Positions 10,260-19,214 of a stretch of DNA of 64,000 bases are shown here, in pieces; the first letter of the stretch is position 1, and each line of letters opens with the position of its first letter. This DNA comes from Thermoplasmata archaeon (lineage in GTDB: Archaea > Thermoplasmatota > E2 > DHVEG-1): contig JADBLO010000072.1 of the NCBI GenBank assembly GCA_014894395.1, forward strand, positions 52,674 to 116,673, in the 5' to 3' direction. The notes below the pieces were generated by a model that did no database searches, was not told the DNA's origin, and saw only the letters and a program-made list of their open reading frames with translations. Both the position numbers and the translations under genes were made by a program.

Positions 10260-10892
10260 ATGCGGAAAGGAATCATTGCTTTTGGTGGCATGATTGGTGG
10301 GTTGATACTTCTCATTGTGGTATTCATGGGACCATGGTATACGATGAACGGGACCGGTACGTTCGGGGGAGAATATAACGTTGGATTTTATCTAACCAGA
10401 ATTGAGGCGAAAGGTTCCATCGCTGGTCAGGAGATTTCCTGGTCAATGGGGTATGCGGAGGCAAAGGAAAATGCACAAATCATTGGAGTGAACACACAGA
10501 GTTTTACGATAATTGAAACCTCGATGTATCTGACACTGTTTGCGATAGCGACCGCTCTTATTGCACTCATTGGTATAGCTGCGTTCGTATTTCATCTGGG
10601 GACTCTGAAAATCATGAAATATATTGGTGGTGGTTTTGGGTTTCTGACGTTCTTGCTTGCGTTGGTGCCTGCGTTGTATGTCATGACGACTGGATTCTCA
10701 GAAAACAGTAGTGATTTTTGGTTCAGCCAATCGGTTCTTGGGGTCGCAATCACGGGTAGCCCTGGGTACGCCTGGTATCTGATGATCGTCGTGGCGATTA
10801 TCGCGTTGATTTTCGCAGTAGCCATCCTTCTTAAAAAAATAATTCCCGAGGATGCATCGGTTAAAAAGGTCGCACCACCAGTAAATACATAA
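10260..10892 (+). CDS. Hypothetical four-TM membrane protein
   Basis: Four hydrophobic segments with a large loop after TM1; no recognised family. Confidence 0.75.
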   Translation: MRKGIIAFGGMIGGLILLIVVFMGPWYTMNGTGTFGGEYNVGFYLTRIEAKGSIAGQEISWSMGYAEAKENAQIIGVNTQSFTIIETSMYLTLFAIATALIALIGIAAFVFHLGTLKIMKYIGGGFGFLTFLLALVPALYVMTTGFSENSSDFWFSQSVLGVAITGSPGYAWYLMIVVAIIALIFAVAILLKKIIPEDASVKKVAPPVNT

Positions 10893-10979
10893 GAAAAACA
10901 CAAGACATTGATGTACCGTTGAGAATAGTTTCAATCACCTGTTCTTTTTATTTAAATACTCAGACGGCGGTTCACGGTT

Positions 10980-11052
10980 TAGGAAGCATATACCGGACGG
11001 GAAGCCTTCCTAGTTGAAACTTATTTCTTTTTGCCGGATCCCACCGTCCGGT
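10980..11052. ncRNA. Candidate structured RNA element (two interleaved stems)
   Basis: TAGGAAG (10980-86) pairs with CTTCCTA (11006-12); ACCGGACGG (10992-11000) pairs with CCGTCCGGT (11044-52); TATA-like TTTAAATA ~25 nt upstream. No family match recognised. Confidence 0.3.
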
Positions 11053-11126
11053 TCTCCTCACCAAAGCTTGATAATAACTCTTATATGGGAGGTCTTTATA
11101 CCGAGGCAATACAAATAGGTGAAATC

Positions 11127-11336
11127 ATGAATAAAAACAAGATTTCTGAAGAGATGACCATTAAGGAAGTAATTGATACCTACCCAGAGACTGCGATGGT
11201 GTTCATGAAATACAATGTCGGCTGCATCGGCTGTCTTGCCGCGTCCTTTGAAAAAGTAAAGGATATCGCAACAGTCCATGGCATCGACATCAAAACATTG
11301 GTAAAAGATTTGAATCTGGCAGTACAGAAAAAATAA
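11127..11336 (+). CDS. DUF1858 / hybrid-cluster-associated redox disulfide domain protein
   Basis: ISEEMTIKEVIDTYPE...GCIGC...GID pattern; ATG follows a GGTGA RBS. Confidence 0.85.
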   Translation: MNKNKISEEMTIKEVIDTYPETAMVFMKYNVGCIGCLAASFEKVKDIATVHGIDIKTLVKDLNLAVQKK

Positions 11337-11393
11337 TCCTACAGTGACGTGTTGGTGAGTACCATCTCTCCCTGCTTTTATTCCTTTTAATGC

Positions 11394-12176
11394 TTACATC
11401 GAATCTGTTGTTTTATTATTCTTTCCTGTTTTTTCTTTCGTAGTTTTATTTTTCCGTTTCTGTGCAAGATCTCCAAGAAACACACGCAACACGTTCGGAT
11501 ACTCGCTAGGTATTTTCCCGCTGCCGTACCCGATCTTGCTGATTTTCATAGGTGGCATTTCACCAAAATTTTCCACAAGAGTCGCGATGATTGCCGCACC
11601 GGTTGGGGTGACCAATTCCTGTTTCCTATCGACGGAGTACACAGGAATCCCTTTGAGGAGCTCAACGGTTGCCGGGGCAGGCAACGGAAGGAGTCCGTGG
11701 TCACACGAGACAAATCCATGACCAAAGGGGAGAGGCGAACAATAGATCTTTTCGATGCCAAGCTGCGTAATCCCAATGACTGATCCGACGACGTCAATGA
11801 TGGAATCGACAGCGCCTACTTCATGAAAATGTACTTTTTCGACATCAATGCTGTGGATTTTTGCTTCCGCTTTTCCCAGGTTATAAAAGATGTTTTGACT
11901 TTGTTTCTTCACCTTTGGATCTAAGGTGCTGCGTTTGAGAAGGTCGATGATATCAGAGAGGCTTCGATGATGCTGATCTTCAGTGACAGCAACCGTGACA
12001 TCGACCGCAGCAATATGATTGCACTCGACTGATTTTACCGAAATATCGTACCCGGTGAGAGGGAGTTTTTTCAACTCGTTTTTTAAAAATGTTACGTCAA
12101 CTCCTACATCGATGAGAGCGCCAAGAATCATATCTCCAGCGATCCCTGAGAAACAATCAAAGTACGCGATCGTCAT
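11394..12176 (-). CDS. larC: LarC nickel-insertion protein, N-terminal part only (LarC1-like)
   Basis: YFDCFSGIAGDM, VHFHEVGAVDSIIDVVG, CDHGLLPLPAPAT, ELVTPTGAAI, NVLRVFLG; ends after 260 aa. Confidence 0.9.
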   Translation of the reverse strand: MTIAYFDCFSGIAGDMILGALIDVGVDVTFLKNELKKLPLTGYDISVKSVECNHIAAVDVTVAVTEDQHHRSLSDIIDLLKRSTLDPKVKKQSQNIFYNLGKAEAKIHSIDVEKVHFHEVGAVDSIIDVVGSVIGITQLGIEKIYCSPLPFGHGFVSCDHGLLPLPAPATVELLKGIPVYSVDRKQELVTPTGAAIIATLVENFGEMPPMKISKIGYGSGKIPSEYPNVLRVFLGDLAQKRKNKTTKEKTGKNNKTTDSM

Positions 12177-12182
12177 TTTTTC

Positions 12183-12908
12183 TCACCTGTTGATAAGGCT
12201 GGCGAAATACCCGGCGCCAAACCCGTTGTCAATATTGACGACCACGACGCCTTCCGCACAACAATTCAGCATGGTCAGTAACGGTGCTATCCCCTGGAAG
12301 CTTGCACCATACCCGACACTGGTTGGAACCGCGATCACTGGTTTTGAGGCAAGGCCGCCAACAATACTTGCTAGGGCACCTTCCATTCCTGCGATCACGA
12401 TGATAACATTGGCATGAAAGATTTTTTCTTTGACGTCGAACAAGCGATGGACACCAGCAACCCCCACGTCATAGACTTTCTCCACCTTGTTTCCCATGAG
12501 TTCCGCGGTGACTACTGCTTCTTCTGCAACAGGGATATCAGAGGTACCTGCGGTGAGAATCAGGATTGTTCCTTTCTTTTGTTTTGGTCGGTATCGCTGG
12601 ACGACAATGGTTTTTGCTGATTCATTGTACGTGGCATCATCATACAATTTCTTTACTGAAGCATAGACGTTTTTGTTTGCTTTTGTCAGGAGGATATTTT
12701 GGTCTTTTGGCAGTTTTTTAAGAATCTGAGAAAGCTGAGATATGGTTTTTCCTTGGCAGAAAATCGTCTCAGGAAACCCTTTCCTGATTTCCCGATGCGT
12801 ATCGATTTTTGCAAACCCCAGGTCCTCGTACGGCAATGACTTAAGTTTCTGAAGGACGGTTGCGAGACTTACTTTTCCTGCTTTGTACTCTTGTAAGAGT
12901 TTCTTCAT
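12183..12908 (-). CDS. larB: LarB, pyridinium-3,5-biscarboxylic acid mononucleotide synthase
   Basis: AKIDTHREIRKGFPE, TAGTSDIPVAEEA, DVGVAGVHRL, AGMEGAL, PTSVGYG, VNIDNGFGA. Confidence 0.95.
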   Translation of the reverse strand: MKKLLQEYKAGKVSLATVLQKLKSLPYEDLGFAKIDTHREIRKGFPETIFCQGKTISQLSQILKKLPKDQNILLTKANKNVYASVKKLYDDATYNESAKTIVVQRYRPKQKKGTILILTAGTSDIPVAEEAVVTAELMGNKVEKVYDVGVAGVHRLFDVKEKIFHANVIIVIAGMEGALASIVGGLASKPVIAVPTSVGYGASFQGIAPLLTMLNCCAEGVVVVNIDNGFGAGYFASLINR

Positions 12909-13714
12909 TTGTTGAGCACCTCGTTTAGACTTCCGGTCCGGTACCCTTCAAGGTCAAGGGTAACGTAGGTAAAACCAAGGTGTTTTAATTGTTTGACGAT
13001 CGCCTGTGCATGCGAGAGAATGGTCTGGAAATCCTGTGGTGATACTTCGATTCGTGCAATAGTATTATGATAGCGAACACGACACTGTTGGATTCCTAAC
13101 GAGAAAAGAAATTCCTCTGCTTGTTCAACTTGCTTGAGTCGTTCTTTGGTGATTTTCATGCCGTAGGGGAATCGTGAGGCAAGACACGCAAACGCTGGTT
13201 TCTCAGAACTCTCCAGTTGCATCGTGTGGGAAAGGTCTCTGATTTCCTGTTTGGTCAACCCGACATCCTTCAATGGGCTTTTTATATCTAGTTCTTTGCG
13301 TGCTTTTGCCCCAGGCCTGAAGTCAAATGCGTCATCAGCATTCGACCCGTCGAGGACCGTGTTGAGATGATGTTCTTTTGCTATCTGTTGTATTTTACGG
13401 AACAGCTCTTTTTTACAATAGTAACACCGATCAGAGGGATTGTCTGAGAACTCGTTGATATCAAGTTCTTCAGAATGAATAATAACATGGGGGATTCCTA
13501 TCGTTTGTGCGAACCGTTTCGCATCCGCTAATTCTCGTTGTGGGTAGGTTGAGGAGGTTGCAGTGACCGCAAGTGCATTTTCCCCAAGGGTATCATACGC
13601 GACTTTTATCAAAAAAGTACTGTCCACCCCGCCAGAATACGCTATCGCACAACTCTTCATGTCCGTAAGCATCTGTTGCAGTTGTTTCAGCTTAGCTTGC
13701 GAAGTTGTTTTCAC
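12905..13714 (-). CDS. larE: LarE, ATP-dependent sulfur transferase
   Basis: AYSGGVDS PP-loop, DRCYYCK, DGSNADD..D.RPG, ACLASRFPYG, CRVRYH, DLEGYRTGSLN. Confidence 0.95.
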   Translation of the reverse strand: MKTTSQAKLKQLQQMLTDMKSCAIAYSGGVDSTFLIKVAYDTLGENALAVTATSSTYPQRELADAKRFAQTIGIPHVIIHSEELDINEFSDNPSDRCYYCKKELFRKIQQIAKEHHLNTVLDGSNADDAFDFRPGAKARKELDIKSPLKDVGLTKQEIRDLSHTMQLESSEKPAFACLASRFPYGMKITKERLKQVEQAEEFLFSLGIQQCRVRYHNTIARIEVSPQDFQTILSHAQAIVKQLKHLGFTYVTLDLEGYRTGSLNEVLNK

Positions 13715-13762
13715 AGGAGAAACAAGAAATGTCTGGCCTATATAATGATTATCTGAGAATTC

Positions 13763-14797
13763 TTACTTGAGCAGCTGATTCAGTTTCTGTTGTTTCCTCT
13801 TCTTCCAAGCACCCTTGTGGTACGCATAACTTACCACGAGAGGGAACGTGATTGTCGCTTCGGAGTACACCATTTGTTCATAGCCCGTGTCAACTTTCCC
13901 CCAGGAGTTCGCCTCTTTCAATGTCGAACCAGATAATGCTCCATCGCGCTCATCTGCCACGGTGAGCTGTATCGCGTACTTATGCATGGGTGCGTCGATG
14001 CCAAGGATATCTGCCGCAACAACGGTATCTTGCACAAAATTCTTCGGCACACCACCACCGATCATAAACAATCCGGTTTGTTTTGATTTTACTTTCAACT
14101 CGGTGAGTTCTCTGAAATCTTTCACAGAATCAATCGTCACATAGTTGTTCTTGCGTTCATGCTGATGGAACACCAAACCAAATCCAGCGCTACAATCTGA
14201 GAACGCAGGAACAAAGATAGGTATCTCATGTTTATACGCCTCAAGGACAAACGAGTCAGGATTCTTCCCGTGTTTTTCAAGGTACCGCCCCATTTCATAG
14301 ATGAATTCCCGAGAAGAATATGGTCGCGGAGGAAGCTCGTCAGCGATTTTTTTCGTAGTCATATCACAGATACGAAGATCATCCTCGTCAATGAAGGTAT
14401 CATAGATTCTATCAATGTGCATCTTCTGAAGTTTTGTGTCATCAACCCGCACTTCCCCACGATAATGTTTAAACCCAAGTCCTTCGAAGAAATCTTGGTC
14501 TACCACGATCGCGCCTGTGGAAACAATCGCATCCACCATGTTGTTCCGTATCATATCGACAATCACATTTTTTAATCCTGCGCTGACCAGTGATCCTGCG
14601 AGACACAGAATGATTGAGCACTCGGTATCTGCAAGCATCGTATTGTAGATTTTACAGGCGTTCGCGAGGTTTCGTGACTGAAAAGCCATATGATCAAAGG
14701 CTTCTATCAAAGGAATAGCGTTGAACGTCTTGATGTCAATGTGCTTGATTTGTTCTGAAAGTAATTCCTTTTTTTCGTCTTTGATTTCATATTTCAT
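13763..14797 (-). CDS. Deoxyhypusine synthase family protein (resembles the bacterial SpeY-like clade)
   Basis: HIDRIYDTFI, GGGVPKNF, DGALSGSTLKEANSWGKV with the conserved Lys. Confidence 0.85.
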   Translation of the reverse strand: MKYEIKDEKKELLSEQIKHIDIKTFNAIPLIEAFDHMAFQSRNLANACKIYNTMLADTECSIILCLAGSLVSAGLKNVIVDMIRNNMVDAIVSTGAIVVDQDFFEGLGFKHYRGEVRVDDTKLQKMHIDRIYDTFIDEDDLRICDMTTKKIADELPPRPYSSREFIYEMGRYLEKHGKNPDSFVLEAYKHEIPIFVPAFSDCSAGFGLVFHQHERKNNYVTIDSVKDFRELTELKVKSKQTGLFMIGGGVPKNFVQDTVVAADILGIDAPMHKYAIQLTVADERDGALSGSTLKEANSWGKVDTGYEQMVYSEATITFPLVVSYAYHKGAWKKRKQQKLNQLLK

Positions 14798-14927
14798 TGA
14801 GATAACCAGCAAGGAGTACTTCATCTGAGTTTTTCTTTTTTTCTACGATGAAAATAAAAAAAAGGAATGCGGAGAAACAAAGAAATTATTAAAGGAAAAG
14901 ATGATGCTGTAAAAGAGGTCGTCTGAG

Positions 14928-15521
14928 ATGGATATCACGCAATCCTTGTTTCCTGTTCTCTACGTGTTTCTCATAATCATCACTATCGTTCTGGTCATTG
15001 TTCTTTCGCTTTGGAGATACAGGACCATTAAACGTCTTATGGAAAACCAGGCGATGAAACGAAGTGGAACCGTGGTCGGAACGTTTCTTTTACCGTTGCT
15101 CAAATTCTCTTATCGTGCTTTGCCTGTCTTAGTTACGTCGGTGCCGGGGAGTAAATATCGCCATGCAAAAACAGAGGTCAGCGTTACCTTGTTAAAGTCA
15201 GTACCAAGAAACCTCACAATCCTGAAAGAATCGGTTGCGACACGTCTGGGAAAAGCATGGGGAGCAGCAGACGTCCAAGTGGAAAGTGATGAATTTGACA
15301 GGGATTTTCTGATAAAAACAGAGGATGAAGCGTTCGCAAGAAATGTAGTAAATTTTACACTTCAAAATAAACTCTTAGAAATGAAGCAGGAGAAACCCCG
15401 TATCGTCCTTGAGGGTACATGGCTGACTGTTCAGGTCCCTAGAGTGGTGAAGACAGAGGAGGGGTACGATCAATTAATTGACCTTGCATTCGCCCTCGTG
15501 GATCGGATACAAGAACTCTAG
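14928..15521 (+). CDS. Hypothetical protein with single N-terminal TM anchor
   Basis: Hydrophobic residues ~7-28 followed by a soluble alpha/beta domain (SDEFDRDFLIKT). Confidence 0.75.
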   Translation: MDITQSLFPVLYVFLIIITIVLVIVLSLWRYRTIKRLMENQAMKRSGTVVGTFLLPLLKFSYRALPVLVTSVPGSKYRHAKTEVSVTLLKSVPRNLTILKESVATRLGKAWGAADVQVESDEFDRDFLIKTEDEAFARNVVNFTLQNKLLEMKQEKPRIVLEGTWLTVQVPRVVKTEEGYDQLIDLAFALVDRIQEL

Positions 15522-15540
15522 TTACTGTAATTTTTTGGAA

Positions 15541-15945
15541 TCACTCTTTTTTCTCTAGAAAGTGAAGCGAGATCGAGTTCATACAGTATCTCTGACCTGT
15601 CGGCTTGGGTCCATCATCGAACACATGTCCGAGATGTCCTCCGCAACGAGCGCATACCACCTCAGTTCGCTTCATCCCAAGGCTTGTATCAGGTTTCAGC
15701 TGAATAGCATCGTTTGAGACGGGGGTATAGAAACTCGGCCATCCGCTCCCCGAATCAAATTTGGTCTTAGAGGAAAACAGCGTGCTACCGCATCCGGCGC
15801 AGACATACGTTCCTTCAGCGGTCTGATGAACATATTTTCCGCTGAACGGCGGTTCTGTTCCCTTCATCCGCAGCACAGAAAACTCTTCGGAAGTGAGGAT
15901 CTTTTTCCATTCATCCTCAGATTTTTTCACCAATTTTTTCTCCAA
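15541..15945 (-). CDS. msrB: Peptide-methionine (R)-S-oxide reductase
   Basis: GTEPPFSG, CAGCG, KFDSGSGWPSF, RTEVVCARCGGHLGHVFDDGP, RYCMNS; TTG start. Confidence 0.97.
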   Translation of the reverse strand: MEKKLVKKSEDEWKKILTSEEFSVLRMKGTEPPFSGKYVHQTAEGTYVCAGCGSTLFSSKTKFDSGSGWPSFYTPVSNDAIQLKPDTSLGMKRTEVVCARCGGHLGHVFDDGPKPTGQRYCMNSISLHFLEKKE

Positions 15946-16058
15946 AGAGACTTACCTCCAGAAAAAGAGAAGTTCTGCTTCTATTTAAACCTCTTATCTA
16001 TCAGACCCTCTCCTTCTTCGTAACATTTAAACCATCGCCTCCTGTATCCGTTTTCTGT

Positions 16059-16472
16059 ATGCATGAATGGGCGCTTGCGGAATCAATCGTCATGGCTGCC
16101 GTGGAGACCGCACAGAAAGAAAAACTCAAGACAATCACAGAAGTCACGGTTCACATCGGCGAATTACAACAGATAGAAAAAGAGATTTTCTTGTTTGCAC
16201 TCAACGAGCTTGCCAAGTCACAGAAACCAAAAATAAAAAACGACGCGTTTCATCTGAAAACAGAGAAAAGCACCCTAGTCTGTAAAACCTGTGGTCACTG
16301 CTGGAAATACAGTGATATGAAAAAGAAGTTGAATGAGACAGAATCAGAATCGATTCATTTCATCCCTGAGGTCGTGTTTGTTCATGCGCGTTGCCCCAGC
16401 TGCGGGAGTCCGGACTTTGAGATTACGAAAGGACGAGGAGTCACGCTTACCTCCATTAAAGGAGTACGATGA
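16059..16472 (+). CDS. hypA: Hydrogenase nickel incorporation protein HypA (Thermococcales-type long form)
   Basis: MHEWALA Ni motif, GELQQ, CKTC...CPSCGS zinc site with a helical insertion. Confidence 0.95.
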   Translation: MHEWALAESIVMAAVETAQKEKLKTITEVTVHIGELQQIEKEIFLFALNELAKSQKPKIKNDAFHLKTEKSTLVCKTCGHCWKYSDMKKKLNETESESIHFIPEVVFVHARCPSCGSPDFEITKGRGVTLTSIKGVR

Positions 16473-17200
16473 CCATGGAGCCACGAACCAGTGTCATCGA
16501 GAAACGGTTGAAAAACATCAAAAGAATCATCGCGGTCGCAAGCGGGAAAGGCGGCGTGGGGAAAAGCCTTGTTGCCTCGAGCCTCGCGCTCCATCTCGCA
16601 CACAACGGGCATAAGGTTGGGCTTCTGGATCTTGACTTATACGGACCATCTTCCCATATCATCCTTGGCATCAAAGATGAATTCCCAGCAGAGGAGAAAG
16701 GGATCATCCCACCAACGGTCCACGGGATTTCTTTCATGTCTATCGTCTATTTCACGCAGGAGAAACCATCTCCGTTCCGAGGCGTTGATATTTCAAATAT
16801 TATCCTTGAATTGCTGGCGATCACCCAATGGGGGTCCCTTGACTTTCTGATTATTGATATGCCTCCAGGTATTGGTGATGAAACCCTTGATGTTATCCGG
16901 TATATGAAGACCAGCGAGTTTCTGGTGGTGACGACCCCGTCGAAGGTGGCGATGGGCGCAGTCAGTAAACTATTAAAAATTTTAATAGAATTAAAGAAAC
17001 CTGTGCTTGGTGTGATAGAAAATATGACGATGACAGACTCCTCGTTTATCAAACAGGAAGTGAAGAAATTAAATGTACGGTATCTTGGGAAAATCCATTT
17101 TGATGAAACACTGGAGGAAGCAATCGGCAATGCCGATCGTCTCGCAGAAACACAGGCGATGAAAAACCTTACAGTGATTCTTATGGAAATCAATCTCTAG
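16469..17200 (+). CDS. Mrp/NBP35 P-loop ATPase (Mrp/MinD-type HypA partner)
   Basis: ASGKGGVGKS deviant Walker A, LDLDLYGPS, IDMPPG, ENM; overlaps the hypA stop codon. Confidence 0.9.
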   Translation: MTMEPRTSVIEKRLKNIKRIIAVASGKGGVGKSLVASSLALHLAHNGHKVGLLDLDLYGPSSHIILGIKDEFPAEEKGIIPPTVHGISFMSIVYFTQEKPSPFRGVDISNIILELLAITQWGSLDFLIIDMPPGIGDETLDVIRYMKTSEFLVVTTPSKVAMGAVSKLLKILIELKKPVLGVIENMTMTDSSFIKQEVKKLNVRYLGKIHFDETLEEAIGNADRLAETQAMKNLTVILMEINL

Positions 17201-17211
17201 GACATCGACTT

Positions 17212-18576
17212 CTAAGACGTGGTTTTACCGGAGAGAAGATAACTTCGTGCCTCCCCGACCGTGAACAACGACCCGGAAACACAGATCATGTCTTTTTGTT
17301 TCGCTATGCGTTTTGCATGGTCGATTGCTTCGGGGATTGAAGCTTCGACGTATATCTTTTTGTTTGCGTCAAATCTCCCAATCGTCTCCTTTAAGAACAG
17401 TGGGTCAGACGCTCGAGGATTTGCTGATTTCGTAACGATGATGACGTCGGAGAGCGGGGCTATCGTTGACACCATCGTTTTGATATCTTTTTCTTTCAAC
17501 ACACCAAGAACAAGGATGAGTCGTTGATAGGAAAAATCCTCCTTTATTGTTTTTGCTAGCATGCTCATCCCATCAGGGTTATGCGCCCCGTCAAGGAGAA
17601 TCAACGGTTTCTCTGAAACGATCTCCATACGCCCAGGATGCGCCGCAGCAGCGATGCCATCGAGAATATCACTATCGGTGATGTAAACGCCACCCATCTG
17701 CAACCGTTCAACCGCAGCGATCGCCACCGCAATGTTTTCACCCTGATGCTGGCCAAGCAGCGAGGTTTTCACGGTATAATCCTTGAATGTACCCTGGATA
17801 AAAAACTCCTGATATTTCCCCGTATGAGATACTCGTTTCCACATGGTTCGATCAATACAAACAATCGGGGCGTTCCGCTCCCTTGCAACATGTTCGATGG
17901 TTTCACGTGCATGCTGTGTCGCCGCGGTAATCACTGGTACATGGTCTTTGATGATCCCCGCTTTTTCTGATGCGATCGATACGATATCCTTCCCAAGGAT
18001 ATCGGTGTGTTCCAGCGAAATATTCGTAATCACGGATACGAGCGGGGTCACCACGTTTGTCGCATCAAACCTCCCACCAAGCCCGACCTCGACAACCGCG
18101 TAGTCAACGGTACGGTTCTTGAAATACAGAAACGCAAACGCGGTAACAATCTCAAAAAACGTTGGAGTATTGTTGTTCTGTTTCATTTCCTCAGCAAGTG
18201 GTCTGACCTGCGCAACAAGCAATGCTAGTTCTTCTTCCGAGATTTCCTGGCTGTTGACGACGATACGCTCTGAAAAACGCTCAACATGCGGGGAGAGATA
18301 CACGCCAACGGTGTACCCAGCTTTCTGAAGAATGGAGCCGATATATTTACAGACCGAGCCTTTCCCATTGGTCCCCGCGACATGAATCACCTTCAACTCG
18401 CTCTGAGGATTCCCCAGCCGCTCCATAAGAGAGGTAATCCGCTCAAGGCCAAAGATCCACCCGTAATTATCAAAGCTACATAACCATTCAAATGCACTCT
18501 CACGGGTGATGGTGCTAGTATCCTTCAGAATAGAGCACACCTGGGATTTCCTTGTGTTTCTTTTTCCATGAGTCAC
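17212..18576 (-). CDS. folC: Folylpolyglutamate synthase/dihydrofolate synthase; start uncertain
   Basis: HVAGTNGKGS, YLSPHV, PTFFE, EVGLGGRFDATNV, EKAGI, PGRME, DGAHNPDG. Confidence 0.93.
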   Translation of the reverse strand: MTHGKRNTRKSQVCSILKDTSTITRESAFEWLCSFDNYGWIFGLERITSLMERLGNPQSELKVIHVAGTNGKGSVCKYIGSILQKAGYTVGVYLSPHVERFSERIVVNSQEISEEELALLVAQVRPLAEEMKQNNNTPTFFEIVTAFAFLYFKNRTVDYAVVEVGLGGRFDATNVVTPLVSVITNISLEHTDILGKDIVSIASEKAGIIKDHVPVITAATQHARETIEHVARERNAPIVCIDRTMWKRVSHTGKYQEFFIQGTFKDYTVKTSLLGQHQGENIAVAIAAVERLQMGGVYITDSDILDGIAAAAHPGRMEIVSEKPLILLDGAHNPDGMSMLAKTIKEDFSYQRLILVLGVLKEKDIKTMVSTIAPLSDVIIVTKSANPRASDPLFLKETIGRFDANKKIYVEASIPEAIDHAKRIAKQKDMICVSGSLFTVGEARSYLLSGKTTS

Positions 18577-19195
18577 CAGGGAGGATGATCACGTTGCGAC
18601 CTTCGACGAGTAACCGTTTCTGAGCAAAAAGTTGTACCGTACGGGGGAGTATCTGATGCTCGACAGCGAGAATCCGGGCAGCAAGGGCATCCCGGTCATC
18701 ATCAGGCAGTACTTTTACTGCAGCCTGAAGAATAATTGGACCATGATCCATATCTGAGTCCATGAAATGCGTGGTACACCCGGAGATCTTCACCCCGTAT
18801 TGCAGTGTATCACGTTGACCATTGGTTCCCTTAAAGGACGGCAGAAGCGCGGGATGAATATTGATGAGTTTATGTTGCCATTTTTTCACAAACGTCGGTG
18901 AAAGGAGCCGCATGTATCCTGCACCAACCACAAGCTCCACCTGATGATCGCGAAGAACCGCATCGATTTCGTCCTCATGAGCAGTGCGGTCTTTTCCTTT
19001 TGGATCAACAAAAAACCCTGGGATATGATGCGTTTTTGCCCGGTCCAATGCAAACGCGTCTTTTGTATCGCTGATCACCACAACAACTTCTGCATCGATC
19101 ATTTCCTTCTCTGATGCATCGATGATGCTCTGCAGGTCAGTCCCAGAACCAGAGGCAAGCACACCAACGGAAAGCTTTTTTGGCGTAGTTTTCAT
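18515..19195 (-). CDS. purN: Phosphoribosylglycinamide formyltransferase (folate-dependent)
   Basis: ASGSGTDLQS, AGYMRLL, INIHPALLPSF, GCTTHF, MDHGPII, VEHQ. Confidence 0.95.
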   Translation of the reverse strand: MKTTPKKLSVGVLASGSGTDLQSIIDASEKEMIDAEVVVVISDTKDAFALDRAKTHHIPGFFVDPKGKDRTAHEDEIDAVLRDHQVELVVGAGYMRLLSPTFVKKWQHKLINIHPALLPSFKGTNGQRDTLQYGVKISGCTTHFMDSDMDHGPIILQAAVKVLPDDDRDALAARILAVEHQILPRTVQLFAQKRLLVEGRNVIILPGDSWKKKHKEIPGVLYSEGY

Positions 19196-19214
19196 GGTTC
19201 AGTGATATCCTTCG

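Noticed and set aside
10960-11060. Possible tRNA, 5S rRNA or H/ACA guide
   Set aside because: No cloverleaf or T-loop, no 5S consensus, and no K-turn boxes; kept only as an unassigned structured element.
11340-11470. Programmed frameshift from larC into a LarC2 domain
   Set aside because: No LarC2-like sequence in any frame, and only ~55 nt remain before the convergent gene.
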